A stretch of DNA of 64,000 bases from assembly GCF_009914755.1 (NCBI RefSeq), contig NC_060945.1; one strand, 5' to 3'. The position numbers and the translations under genes are program-made. This document shows, in pieces, positions 1 to 15,528 of the stretch; within the stretch, counting starts at the first letter, position 1, and each line of letters begins with the position of its first letter. Below the pieces are notes generated by a model. The model was not told the DNA's origin, did not search any database, and worked only from the letters and a program-made list of their open reading frames with translations. This DNA comes from the human T2T-CHM13v2.0 reference genome, Homo sapiens.

Positions 1-77
1 ACTTCTGGGCTCAAGTCATCTGCCCACCTTGGCCTCCCAAAATGCTGGAATTACAGGCATGAGCCACTGCACCTGGC
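1..77 (-). mobile_element. Alu 5' end (AluJ/FLAM-like), cut by the window edge
   Basis: Minus strand GCCAGGTGCAGTGGCTCATGCCTGTAATTCCAGCATTTTGGGAGGCC. Confidence 0.9.
11..72 (-). CDS. APP: Coding part of Alu-derived alternative terminal exon (exon 13a, APP563/APRP563-type)
   Basis: Acceptor ttcttgccag| (AG at 74-73); joined to the phase-1 end of exon 13 it reads [23 protein letters not shown] (20 aa), matching the size and Alu origin of the reported APP563 tail as recalled. Confidence 0.8.
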
Positions 78-80
78 AAG

Positions 81-855
<775 letters not shown>

Positions 856-1815
856 TCATTTATTTGAACTGAACAAAATAATCCATAACAAACCATTGCA
901 ATCGCATGAAGAAAACACTGTGGTTGATATTTAATTCCTCAAATTTCTGCCAGCGTCCATTTGGAGCACAATAAACAAGATCAATATACTGCACTGAATT
1001 ATACATATTAAGGTCAACAATTTGTCTGCCAGAATGGTAGAGAGCGCAATATTTTTTTAAAAAAGGAAACTTTTTTTACATTCATTATTCCTAGAAAGTG
1101 TATTCTTTTTAATGTAGCTAAAAGGATTTACTTTTTCCTAAAATTATGGAGTAGAAATACATAAAAGAAAGTATCTGTTTGCCAATGGTAAAACTATAAA
1201 AATCATTCAGGAAAACGGATGCTGTATTACATGTGAATTTTTAAAGGTCATTATCAATGACTTCCACAGATCATCTGGATGACATATGCACTATATTTAC
1301 AGATTCCATAATTAAGCTCCAAAGCAAGAAAAAGAGAGCTTACCTAATATCACAACCAAAAAAGGCATAGAGAGCTAAACGTATACAAAGCACTCTACTA
1401 ACCACCACTATGGGTGAGTTCGACACCTGAGGTCTGTAACCTCAAGTCTGCAGACAGACCAGTTGGGGACCTAAGGTATGAAGTGTACTGGCATTCACAC
1501 ATTTGTATCTTGCTGTGTGGAGACATTTCAACATGGCAGTCCAAATGTCAGAAAACTAGGAGGCTGTCTTAATAGTATACCGTACTTTGCCATTCATTTG
1601 ACAAAGCATTTTCATTTATAAATGAGTGGTTCTATTTTGAAAGAGAAATTGTCTTGGGTCAAAGATATACATTTAGACACAGGCAGCTAAACTTACAGGC
1701 CTCATGTCTGTTACTTAATAACACTAGGGAAAATATGAATAAGGAGCTCTGAGACTATTATGAAACCAATGGGGGAACAAGGCTTTGGTTGTTGATAATA
1801 TGTATAAATGTTCTT

Positions 1816-2143
<328 letters not shown>

Positions 2144-4425
2144 TCAGCTGTAAACCATTAAATCTATATACATTTAAAAGTCATTTCTTATGAAAAACAA
2201 AGTCACACCTATGTTCTTATAAGAACAAAGTGACAGCTCTCTATTTGCTGTTATGATTTTTTTTTTTTGATGTTCATCCTTGACTAACAATTACACATAA
2301 GGATACTTGAAATTCTCAATAACATTAAATTTCTATTTTGTTGGGCTGGGAAGTGCTATAAATATTCTATTTTAAACCTAGTCTACTTTGGACCCACTAA
2401 ACCCCCAAATCAACAGGCTTATTAGAAACAGAATATGGAAACACTGTCTTTGAAATAACCATGCTGCATTTTTCCTGAAGAGTGGAACATTTTATCAAGA
2501 GGCCACAGTAAAATTGTAATAAAAAATAAGCATCCTTTCATTATTGCGAATTTCTTGATTCCCCGCCATATCTTTCAATCCTGCCCCATTCACTATGGAT
2601 TTATTCAGCCAGAGATCTTTCCCGCATCTGGTTTATAATAATTCATGTTTTTATTAATTTTGAATGCTAGAAGAAAAAAAATGGGTATGAAACAATTATG
2701 CCTTTGTTCCCTCTTTATTTCCTACTGCCTTTCTCATAAATTGGTTATTATAGCATTCTGTAAAACAGCCATCTCTGAAAAGAGCTACATTTTTAGCCTT
2801 GAGGTAGCTGCAAAGAGAAGCACACTTTGATAAATAACCTCAGTGCCAATACAAAGAGTAGAATAGAATCCTTTTAGCAGAGATTTAAGGAAGATTACAA
2901 AGGACAAAGAAAACACCAATCATTTTTAAGTAACAATTTGACAAAGCAAAGGTTGAAAGGATGAAGGGATTCTGCCCTTTTGAAGGATTAATAAATAATT
3001 AAAGCAGAATATGAACACTGAAGAGGAGCCATAGTTTCACTGAAATAATGATTCCATCGTTTGTTGAATGAAAAAATATTAATGAAGACCTACATAGTGA
3101 TTTAAAAGAGGAGATTTTATCTCTATACAAACAATGCCTGAGGCCATTCTTTGCAAGAAATCTTCATAATCTGCCTGAAAATAACTTTTTAAAAAATAAA
3201 AACATTAATAAATGACTGAGCCTGGGAACTTGCACATAATAATTAAAATTGAATGAAAAAAATATGAAATTATAAAATAAAACACGGGCCTTTTATAACA
3301 CAACAGGACACTTGAAAATTCACACTTATTTGTCATGGGAATAGCTTCAGACTGTGGTTGGCGGTCAAACAGGACAGCACAATTAAATCAAGTAGATGAC
3401 CAAATAGCAGAGGGTCATGGTACAAAGAAGGACCATGTTGTAAAATTTTATTAATAAAGGTCCTCAGAACCCTGATTTATGCTTTGTTATCTTGGCCAAC
3501 CACATCCATTTAGTTAGCTTGATCAATCACAGCTTTAGAGGATGCTGTGGCCTAGGAAAGAAATTTGTTTTGTGTGGTGCTTACGCTAGATGTCAAGGAA
3601 GGAGTTTTGGTCAGGTCTTTAGGGTTACGGAGGAGCCCACTTCATCAGTCCAAGTTAAGGAGCATCTGCCTTTTTATCCTGGGGACTGGCTTCAACCTTA
3701 TATTTATAATTACTAATATCTAAAAAGTACCAGGGTCCTTGCTGGATCTTGAGGAGGCAAGGATGACCAACATATATCTGGAAGAGTTCACAGGATGGAG
3801 GGTTAGTAGAGATATAAACAAATAATTTACTCCAAGTTAGAGTATGGTATTGGAGGTGGATACCCAGTGCTTTCACATTGAGGTTAAGTAGGGGAAAATT
3901 CCACTTCAGAGAGGAAAATAGGCAGCAGAAAGAACACAGATTTTGGACTTCTGGCAGGTCTTGGCTTCCACCCCACTTTCATCACTTTACTATCTGGGCT
4001 GGGCAAGTTGGCAAACTCTCTTAGGTTCAAAGTTCAATTTCTTCAACTGTAAACTGGGGATGCTATCACTGAATTTCCCAGTATCTTCACTAGCCCATAT
4101 GCTGCCTTTGTGTGAAATGCAAGAAAGCCCCACTTCCAGTGGGTGTGCACAATGCCAGAGGGCTTGGCTCCTTGAGTGGGATGTAGAATAAAATTATCAG
4201 TCTCCACTCTTACCCTAAACCACCTGCCACTGCCACATCTCTATATGGCGGTCCTGTACCTCAACGGGGAACATTCATAAAGAAAGAATGTGACCATCAG
4301 CATTATCACAAAGAGGCACTCATTAGTTGGTTACATGGTTGTCACTCAAATGCCAGCTCTTTTCTCCGTTCTCTATGCAAATTAGAAAGGGTTTATAGGA
4401 CTTGGGCATTTTACTTGAATCTTGA

Positions 4426-4731
<306 letters not shown>

Positions 4732-4789
4732 TGCAGCTGTTTTTTTTGTTTTGTCTTTTGTTTTTAAGGGAACTTGCATAGTTCCGAAA

Positions 4790-5250
4790 AGGAGGAATTG
4801 AAGTGGGAGGGGGCCAATGTGAGATAAGAGGTAGGGTGACTGGCTGGGAGTCTAATGACACTGATGAGAGGACAGGATCTCAGGTAAGTAGGGGATGTGC
4901 AGAGATTTCACATGAACACAGAAGGCCAAATATACAGAACTTGCAACTAATAAGAAATAATGGGTGAGGGAGAGGAAGGCATCATGGATAGTTTAGGCCA
5001 ACCAAGAGAACTCAGAATAGAGTGTGTAAAACAAGTAAATTTCCAGAAGGACATGAGTGTTATACACATTGATTGCAGGTTCAGAGGCACATGGGATATT
5101 TGGGGTCTGGAATATGGCACTGGGATTCAGTACGCTGGCTGTGGCTAGACCCATGAATTTGGGATTCACTGAAGTTAGTGGGAAAGTAGCATGAACAGAC
5201 AGGATGCCTCAGGGAAGCACAATGGAAGATACAAGGGCCAGGGCCAGAAC
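4790..5250 (-). mobile_element. Probable L2 fragment
   Basis: Purine-rich degenerate sequence resembling L2 (ctggctgtggctagacccatgaatttggga). Confidence 0.4.
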
Positions 5251-6277
5251 TCACAAGCATGATGAACCCTATGCTCTGGTCACAGTTTACTGCTCACAAA
5301 TTTAATGTCAATTTTCCCCTTCACCGATAGCATTCCTTCTTCTCAGCATGACTCCATTCTTCCTCATTTTCACCCATAAAAGAGAATTCTAATTGGAAGC
5401 ATAATTTACTGAAGCAGATATACCTCTCCCACTAAAGATACTGGCAGTTCCCCAGACTGGTGAAAACCTCTTATCCATAAAGCAACTGTTACCATTATTT
5501 AATTAAACCATTGTATCTCTCTACAGATGTTTGACTGCATTAAGCACATCCTAATTGCTTGTATTTATAAGCACAAACTTCTATACAAAAGGCATGCATT
5601 TTTAGGGACTTTAAAATTTTCTCCTTTTGCCAGTGTCTCTGAATTTTAGTATGCTATTTGTACTGAACTGACTCCAAATCTAAAATTTGATTATATACAG
5701 AAATAGCAAATAAATGCAACTCAGACTAATGACAAAGCATTTAATCAGAGAATATTAGAACGACTACAAGACATAACCTGGAAAAAAAATCTATGAAGAA
5801 CCTATTTAGAAAGTAAGCTAAAAGCAACACTTTTTATTATGAGAAATTTTAAACACATACAAAAGTAAAAAGAATAACATGAGGAACCTCTAATAACATT
5901 TGGCTTAAGCAATTAGCACCCCTGGCCAATCTTGAAGTTTCAACTATATTCCTACTAAAAAGGGACGTATTGTTTTAAATGTTCCTTCAAATGAAAAAGG
6001 ACTATAGATGACAACTAGGTTCAACCCAGAAAAGCTATTCTCCCCAGCAAACCACTTCTGTAGCTTTGACACTAGCAGCTCAGATAGTGTACAGGGTTCG
6101 TTATTGCAAACTTCTCTTTCTATAGAGAACAGTCATTTAAAAATGGAAGCACCCAGGATTCCAAATGAAAGGTTTTTAAAAAAGATTATCTTTCAGAATG
6201 TGGCATCTGGTATATTTAGAATGATATATATGTCATTACTTAAAAAAACCCAACTAATGGGTGGATTGAGAGCATAT

Positions 6278-6286
<9 letters not shown>

Positions 6287-6321
<35 letters not shown>
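6287..6321 (+). repeat. (CA)n microsatellite
   Basis: About 17 CA units. Confidence 0.98.
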
Positions 6322-6322
<1 letters not shown>

Positions 6323-6348
6323 TAAGAGCACATACGTAATATGTTCTT

Positions 6349-6443
6349 TATTTTTATTATACTTTAAGTTTGAGGGTACATGTGCACAACGTGCAGGTCT
6401 GTTACATATGTATACATGTGCCATGTTGGTGTGCTGCACCCCC
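6349..6443 (-). mobile_element. Extremely 5'-truncated L1PA 3' end
   Basis: ttattatactttaagtt...gggtacatgtgcacaacgtgcagg; perfect TSD taatatgttctt at 6337-6348 and 6444-6455. Confidence 0.93.
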
Positions 6444-7187
6444 TAATATGTTCTTAATCCAACCTAATGGCTGTTTTTTTTTTTCTTTTTACAGAAAAAG
6501 ATTCCATGATACTAGTTATCTAAATATCCTCCCTGGTACTGAGATTTGAAGTTTATTGTGCTGCCCTATTCTTGGGCATTTCGTAATATTCAAGATATCT
6601 GAACCACCATCTGTTCTGTGGAAGTGTGACTAATTAGTGGCTAATGTTTTCAGTAGTATAGTGCCAAATAAAAAGTTCTAATAATTTAATTATAAAGAGT
6701 CAACAATAATTGCTGGGTGAGGGTGGAATATTGGTCATCAACTTTTTAGTCCTTTGTAATGGCTTATTTCCCTATAGTTATTACCTATGCCACTTCAACT
6801 GAAGTCACATGTGAAAACAGGCTTAAGATAGCTGTAAAAAACAAACAAACAAACAAACAAACCATGTTTTCTAGAAGATTTTAGCTTCAGTTCATTAAGA
6901 CTGATAAATTATTTCATTTTGTACCTTCTACAACTTTTTGGAGAACTTCTTTACACTTATTTAATACATAGTATTTTAAAGGTTCCTTACTGATGTCTAT
7001 TCTCCAAGTATACCTGAAAAGTATATTTGTTTGCTAAAGAAACTTGATACAGTGAAAAATTAATTGGAGATCTCTGTTCTCAATTCATGGTGTAGACTAA
7101 AAACTCCACCTCCACTATCTTCATAAATTCTTGCTCAACACTGAGTTGCTCCTTCTGAACAAAAGCTTGGCACACTATGAAGTTGCT

Positions 7188-7288
7188 TTTTTTCTCTTCT
7201 TTTTTAAATAGAGAGGGGGTTTCACCATGTTGGCCAGGCTGGTTTCGAACTCCTGGCCTCAGGTGATCTGCTCACCTTGGCCTCCCAA
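7188..7288 (-). mobile_element. Alu left-arm monomer fragment
   Basis: gggtttcaccatgttggccaggctgg...cctcccaaag. Confidence 0.85.
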
Positions 7289-7937
7289 AGTTCTGGGACA
7301 CTGCACCTCCCTGACATATGAAGTTTCTTCTGCAAGTTATGTAGCTCAAAGTATAATTTCAGATTCCGTCCATTAATGTGCAGTACTGAACAGAACATCA
7401 TCACTTGACACATGCCAAATATTTCACAGCAATACAAACAATATTTACAAGGCCACATAAATCAGGAAAGAATGAGCAGAATAACACTGGCATAAAATGG
7501 AAAAAGTGAGGGCCAGCTGTTCCCTTGAGCGGTGTTTCAGGCACTTCAAAGTCGGACTTACTGTAATGGGTACATCCATCTACAACATCCTGGGTGCTCT
7601 GATTCCAGATGATAACCTGTATCTATTTCCAACCCAATTAACAAAGGGTAGGATTCTTTATGGGGAAGGATATGCCAGATACATATTGCTTATATGTTGG
7701 TAGACTACACACTAAATCTCCAGTATAGGTACATATGCTTATATTGAAAGATGCACCAACATAATCGTCATCTATGTACCTTTGTGAAGTAAGTTAAACA
7801 GTTATGGGCATTTTGGCAGCTGACAGAGACTCATGTGGTATTTTATTCTCTTTCCAAGAGAAACAGAAATGAGAGATCTTAAATGAAATCATTAGTCATT
7901 AGGAAAACTAGGGACATAAAAGACAGTGGGCACACAA

Positions 7938-8080
7938 GGTCAGTTTCCTGGTTTTGATAATGGACTATAGTTACGTAAGATGTCACTGGTGAGGCATGTG
8001 GGTGATGGATGCATGAGACCTCTCTGTACTATTTTTCCAAGTTCTTGTGAGAGTACAATTATTTCAGAATATAAGTTTAA
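7938..8080 (+). mobile_element. L1MC/L1ME 3' end fragment
   Basis: tttcctggttttgataatggactatag...ctctctgtactattttt resembles old L1 3' UTR. Confidence 0.6.
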
Positions 8081-8677
8081 TAGCCCACTATCTTTTAAGT
8101 TTAAACAATGATGTGGTTCAGAGAACACTCATGGCTTCCCTGCTCAGCCATCAAAGAGAATTGTGACTTACTGAATATAACAATAACCTCAAAGTCACAA
8201 GTCACAGTTATGTGTTTTGGCTGTGCTACTTATAATGCATGTGACACAGGCCAGTAAGTTACTCAAATTTTAAGTTTGAGCTTTTTCATTTGTAAGATGG
8301 AACAATCGTGACACTCAAAAGATGAAGAATGAGTTTTTTTCCCCATTAATTGTAAAGTACCAAAGCATCATAATTTGAGAGCCATAACAAGATTGGGCAA
8401 ATTAGAAAAAATGCTGCCACGTATAATTCAATAACAAGTGTCCAATTATTACAAAACTATACCCTAAGTCAGGCGACATTCCTCCAGTCTTACAAGTATG
8501 GAGAGGTAAGAACTGATTCAATTGCTAAGGCTAGTAAGCTAGTTCCAGCCTGACAGTTTCATCGTAAAAGGCAAGCTGTTCTATTAACTTCCATATTCCT
8601 CAAACAGATAACTCACTTCCTCAATTTTCCTCTGGGGGAAAATACATGTCCATGTGCAGCATCAAAAGAACAGCTTA

Positions 8678-8893
<216 letters not shown>

Positions 8894-9682
8894 TTATTTT
8901 TCTTACCAAGCACTGCAGGTAGATACAAACTTCCAAAAGAAAACTGACAAACACTGCTACTGTTAAAAGGTTGAACTGAAAGGGCAACTTTATTTTTCTT
9001 GTTCTCCTATTTCTGTTCTCTAACTTTTGAGCTCAGGTTTAAGACTTATCTTAAAACTTACCATTATCTTGTATGCTTATAACAGCCAATTAAAAAGGCT
9101 ACCTCTGCCACCTCTGATTCCTAATACTGAGGCTCTCTAAACAGACCCTCATGCCCTAAATACATTTCTTTGCAAATTTCCCCCTAGAAAACAACGTATT
9201 TCAATTTGATTGGCTATTTCATGCTATATATATTTAACTCTTTCATTCAAGAAAATGTAAAATTTCACATTTCCTAAGGTAGATCCCAGTTTTCAGCCTT
9301 TGGGAACCGGGGAGTATAAAATACATTATTACTGGGCTTCATTTAGGCTCACATGAAATCTCAACATTCCAGTAGGTTTATGATTGCCTGCCATACTTCA
9401 GTTGAACCAGTTTTCAAGATTTTAGTTTATACAACTTTTGTTTTTCTCATTTTAGTCATTGGTTTTAATCAGTTCCTTAGCAATCAGTTAGCAGTAGACT
9501 AAGATTTTTACATTTGTTATTTTCATAACTCAGAAAATGCCAAACCACATATTGCTCTAAGACAAGCTTTTAGAATTTACCAGAAGTTAAAGAGCTCTTG
9601 CCATAGGGAAAACACCTATAGGTGCTCGGAGAATGCGTGGGATCCTGTCACCAACCCAAGAAGCAAGAATCCTGGATTGTCA

Positions 9683-9913
<231 letters not shown>

Positions 9914-11823
9914 TTAGAGGTTCCACTAATGCATCCGGTCATGTGAACGTACTGTGAGTCACCTTTTTGCAGGTCTGCCTTCTAAACATTTCTCCTACTC
10001 CTTTCTTAATGGGTAATTACTTAGATCGGCTGCTTTTCACTTCCACAAGAGCATTTAACATTCTCGACATATATGATGACTGTCCTCCTTACTCAACATT
10101 TTCTTTTTAAATAGGAGTACTCTGCTATAGAAAGAGAACAGATTTGAGGTCTGTCAGGTTAAGTTAGGTCCTTCTCTTTTCGCACCCAAGGGGCATATGT
10201 GAGACTACATTGCTACGTGTACATTTTGAAGACCAGAGGTAATGTCACACAGATAATCCCATCACCAGTAACATGTAACATACGAAATCAAAATGAGAAA
10301 AACAGGAAATTTAACCACTATTTTGTAAGCCAAGGAGTAACTGAACTGTAAGAGACATTATATTTTTCTAGGAGAAAGGCCATTGCTAAACTGTATTTAT
10401 TTTACTCTGAAATTTAATTAAGTTCTTTCTAAGCTATCAGATTCTAATTCTTTCAGCAACAATTACATTTCGTCTTAAGTGCTCCTATTTTCTTTCTAAT
10501 TGGTTCCATTTCATTTTTATTTTAGTTTTACCTGAAAACATCCATCCTAATAAAAACTAAGGACAAAGATTCCCTGGTCTTCAACAATTTCATCACTATA
10601 TGCATTCCACTACATGATTTTGTAAGATGATTTCCAAAAACACAACATTTCTTCTTCATTAAAACAAACAAACAAAAAAACCAGTTGTGAAAATTCATGT
10701 TGGGAATAGAATTTTGGTCATTTGGGCAAACCTAGCTATTATTAACCCATGTGTCATGAGTACCCTGAAAACCAGTTGGAAGGTACAAAATTTATTCCAG
10801 AGATGGTGTGTGTGGTGGTGGGGCGGGTGGTAATGGAGCTTTTGTTGTGTTATCCATATCCTATGGGATGTGCCTCTCCTTCCCCTTTTGCTTAGTTAAC
10901 TTAGGAGCCATCTCCCTGCCATCTCAGGTGGAACGAGGTACCCTTTTTCTGTGCTCCTATGAAATACTGTGCAAATCCCCATTAATGTACCTAACTCATT
11001 AAATTATCTATGATTCTTACTCCCCTCTTTAATGTGAGATCCACAGGGCTGGATTTGGTCTTTTTTCTTTATTTGGAACCCCAATAACACAGTGCTTGAC
11101 CCAGAGGGTGCTCTGTATTTGCTTGGTGAATGCCTGCCACAGAGGCCATGCTACTGTACTTGAGAAAACAAATACATATACACAATAAAAATAAAACAAC
11201 TTGGGCTCATCTGCCTTCTTTTTTCCTAAAAGAAATGTGCTTCTCTATAATCCCCAGAAAGACAGCCATCACAGCTTGCAACAGTTCTTGGCAACTTATT
11301 ACAACTCTCATCTGAACTGTGAAATCTGGTTGAATTTACAAATCAGAGGATGACCTTTTAAATCTCAGAAGAAAAGTAGTAAAAGAGGTAATGACTGATA
11401 AGCTATATCTCTATATATTGAAAAGAGGATAGGTTATACATGTGAATTAAAAAAAAAGAACATTTGAAAACATCAGAGATTAAAGGCTGACTCTTGTTGA
11501 TTGTGAAGGATATTTGATATGCAGAGTTGTGTGATCAGGATCTTGCACAACCACCCTCGATGCTTGCTTGTTATTAAGCACCAAGGTCTTAGAAATCTCT
11601 CTAGTTCTGTTACCATTATTCATCCAAGACTGGAGACAGAAGGGGCTGTGACTAATCGCATTTAACCATGATGTTCCTTCCTGGCCTTCATGGATGCTTT
11701 CTTAGTTGCTCTATTTCATTTTTCTCCCTTGTAAAGGATTTATTGTTTTGAAGAAAATGGGATGAATTTTTAAGAGTTTAAATAAGAAAAAAAAAAAGCA
11801 CTTCAATTAAAAAAGTAAGGATT

Positions 11824-12106
11824 GCTTTGGGAGTCTGAGGCAGGAGGATCACTTGCAGCCAAGAGTTTGAGACCAGCCTGGACAACATTACAAGAACCTG
11901 TCTCTACAAGAAAATTTTAAAAATTAGCTAGGTGCAGTGACACATGCCTGCAGTTCCAGCTACTTGGGAAGCTTGGTCAGGAGGATTATTTGAACCCAGG
12001 AGGTTGAGGCTGTAGTGAGCCCTGATTGCACGACTGTACTCAAGCCTGGGAAAGAGAATAACTGCCTGTCTTTTAATTAAAAAAAACAAAAAACAAAAAA
12101 CAAAAA
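11824..12106 (+). mobile_element. AluJ, 5'-truncated
   Basis: AluJ-type right arm (gaggttgaggctgtagtgag); TSD agtaag(g/a)attgcttt. Confidence 0.9.
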
Positions 12107-12361
12107 CAGTAAGAATTGCTTTTCATCATAACTTCTTTTTTTCCAGTTAGTCATCTATGAATGTTTTTGTAAGATATTTTGTCCTAAAAGGACTGTCACC
12201 AACAAGCAGGTACACCAGGATGCCATGGCCCCAGGCTGGCCTTGGCATTACTACTTCAAGCTAAATTTCAATTTAGAGAAGATGCAGGTCATTTCTGATG
12301 ACCAACATCTGGATCTCCCCTTTTCTTCTCCTATCACAACAAACAGCATATATTCCCACTA

Positions 12362-12665
12362 ATTATTATTATTATTATTCTTTGAGATGGAATCTCGCCC
12401 TGTCTCCCAGGCTGGAGTGCAGTGGCGTGATCTTGGCTCACTGCAACCTCCGCCTCCTGGGTTCAAGTGATTCTCCTGCCTCAGTCTCCTGAGTAGCTGG
12501 GACTACAGGCACGTGCCACCATGCTCAGCTAATTTTTTTGTATTTTTAGTAGAGACGGGGTTTCGCCATGTTAGCCAGGATGGTCTCCATCTCCTGACCT
12601 CGTGATCTGCCCGCCTTGGCCTCCCAAAGTGCTAGGATTACAGGCGTGAGCCACCATGCACGGCC
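12362..12665 (-). mobile_element. AluY/Sc-like with (ATT)n tail
   Basis: ttagccaggatggtctc and gacctcgtgatc diagnostics. Confidence 0.93.
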
Positions 12666-12892
12666 AATTAATTATTCATGTTAACATACATTTAAAAATA
12701 AGCACAAAAGCCTTGACTTTTCCCACCTATGCAATTCAGATGGCAGTATCTTTCAGATAGTATTTGCAGATTAAATGTGTTCAGTGATAGTTACCCAGAA
12801 TGATGCGTAGTCCATTGCTGATACTCAATACACATTTATTTCTTTCACTCAGGCCTTATCTATAAATCATCGACCCCTTTCTTTCCTCTAAG

Positions 12893-13155
12893 TAATAAGA
12901 GTTCAATGTGTATTGACTGCTTCTGAATGAGACAGTATATTAAATGCTTTTTGCTGGTAACTCATCAAATCTTCGTCTCAGCCCTATGACAGAGTCATAG
13001 CAGCTCTCCCCACCTTATTGGTGAGGCATGAAGCACAAAGGAGATTGTGGTTACATAGGCTACATCCCTGGCCCATGGTTACACAGCTAGTTAGTGTTAG
13101 ATTGAGAATGGGTTAGTCTCACTGTCTGGCTCCAGAGCCTCTTCTCCTAATCACT
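12893..13155 (-). mobile_element. MIR
   Basis: cccatggttacacagctagttagtg...gtctggctccagagcc matches the MIR core in reverse. Confidence 0.7.
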
Positions 13156-13237
13156 TTGTGATCTGGCCCTTCAAGGAGAATCTAAAATAGACCAAGTTTA
13201 AGATAGTTCTACAAAGCAACTTACGAAGTTAAAAACA

Positions 13238-13541
<304 letters not shown>

Positions 13542-14053
13542 TTAAAAACAAAGAAATAAGTGCATGGTTAGAAAAGACAGTCTGTTCCAGGAGTACTTGC
13601 CTGACTTTCTAGTTTTTACAAGTGCAGGTAATATTCTGTGGGCCATGCTAACATCAGCTCCTTTAATTGTGCAGAAGGTTCAGATTTAGCTTGTTCAGTC
13701 TCTCAATTACTGTCCTAGGTTTCTGGAGTTCCATTATTCCTTAGCTAATGCATGAAATTATTTAGCTAATTATTAAGCTAATGTGTGGGGAGAAGAAAGA
13801 GCAAGATAGGAATGTCCTCTATCCATGTGGATAAAGGATTAGGATTACTGGAAAGTGATTCAAGGTATTAAAGTTAGGCTTTTGTGACATTCATGGTTTC
13901 TAGTGCTAAATTCATCCTTATCTTCTATTGAGATGGGTAATTAAATGGTGAATGTATTCACATGTTTTCAATTGCTGATCTCATTTAATACTGCCATTCT
14001 CCTTCAAAATATATTCCTAACTTATCCTGAAAATCCCCAGAGTTTGATAATAA

Positions 14054-14696
14054 TGTTCCCGGACTGAACTGAGGGTTGGGCTACTATACCTCACAGCCCA
14101 ATAACGAGATGCAGATGAACTGGGAGGAAGAGAGTTTTTATTTTTGTAACCTTTTACAGGGAGATGGCCTGGAAATTAGTGCCAGACCAACTCAAAATTA
14201 CAAAGTTTTCCAGAACTTATATGCCTTCTAAGCTGTATGTCTACGTGTAAGTGTGCATTCATCTCATGACAGAAGTGATTAACTTCTTTTAATCCATAAC
14301 TAAGGTCTGAGTCCTGAAGACCTTCCTCTGGAGTCTCAGTAAATTTACTTAATCTAAATGGGTCTAGGTGCTGGGGTGATTACTCTTATCTTGTCTCCTG
14401 CTAAATCAGGGAGGTTTGGGGAGTTCCTGCAGACCTCCAGTAAACTTGTTCGTGGAGGCCTGGAGAGTTTCTTCAGACTCCCAGTAAAACTTGTTAATCC
14501 TAAATGGGTCCTGTTAAGAATTCCTTGGTTTTGCCAGGAAAGGCCTAGGCAAAACTCTTGGTGGGCTTTTGTTACATTCCAGCCTCTGTATAAGGGCGCT
14601 GGCTTTTTTTTAGCTTTTAGTATTTAACTGAACCACTCAGTCAGTACGGAAACAGCTGTTACGGAGGCCTGCATTAGTGAGATTTGGCCTGCCACA
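14054..14696 (-). mobile_element. Solo ERV1-class LTR (PABL-like)
   Basis: TG...CA termini, 4-bp TSD ataa; minus strand begins TGTGGCAGGCC; minus-strand CATATAAG (14223-14216) and AATAAA (14142-14137); family name from recall. Confidence 0.8.
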
Positions 14697-15108
14697 ATAA
14701 CAGAGTAGCAAAGGAGGCTCTGAGGACTCCCCAGGCCTCAGCTCCTCCAGGGATAATGAGACCTGGGAAACCCCTTCACTGTTTATGTAAGCTGAGATGC
14801 GCATTTTGTGTGCATCTACATAAACACAAGCCTTTTCTTCCTAATGCCTATTGGATAAGCAAAGCCTGGGAACATCAGATAATTCAGGAAGACCTTAGGA
14901 TATCTCCCAATAAATGAATTTGCAGGGTTCTGCTTCATTGATTTGGCCACCTAAACACATCTCTAGGAATCATGCTTGGAAATGAAAACAAAATCAGATT
15001 ACCTTCTTTGTTGGACGGTAGGCAAATAAATCATACCAAATAAAATGGTAGTTATCTCTATCCCTCAGAAACAAATACTATTTTTAGTTAAGAAAGAAAA
15101 AACACAGG

Positions 15109-15528
15109 TGTAAAAAGAAAATAATTCTTGGGGCCCCCAAATCACTAAGCTAAAGGGAAAAGTCTAGCTGGGAACTGCTTAGAGCCAATCACCCTGATTG
15201 TCTACCCTGGAGAGGCTAATCAGAAACTCAAAAGAATGCAACTGTTCATCTCACCTATCTCTGACCTAGAAGGCCCCTCCCCACTTCGAGTCTTCCTGCT
15301 TTTTGTTTCAAGCTGTCTCGCCTTTCCAGACCAAACCAATGTACTTCTTATATGTATTGACTGATGCCTCATGTCTCCCTAAAAATGCATAACACTAAGC
15401 TGTGCCCCAACCACTTTGGGCACATGTCATCAGGACTTCCTGAGGCCGTGTCACAGGTGCATCCTCAACCAGGGCAAAATAAACTTTCTAAATTAACTGA
15501 GACCTGTCTCAGATTTGCTGGGTTCACA
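15109..15528 (+). mobile_element. Solo ERV1 LTR, MER4A-like
   Basis: tgtaaaaagaaaataattcttgggg...aaataaactttctaaattaactgagacctgtctcaga...ttcaca. Confidence 0.8.
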
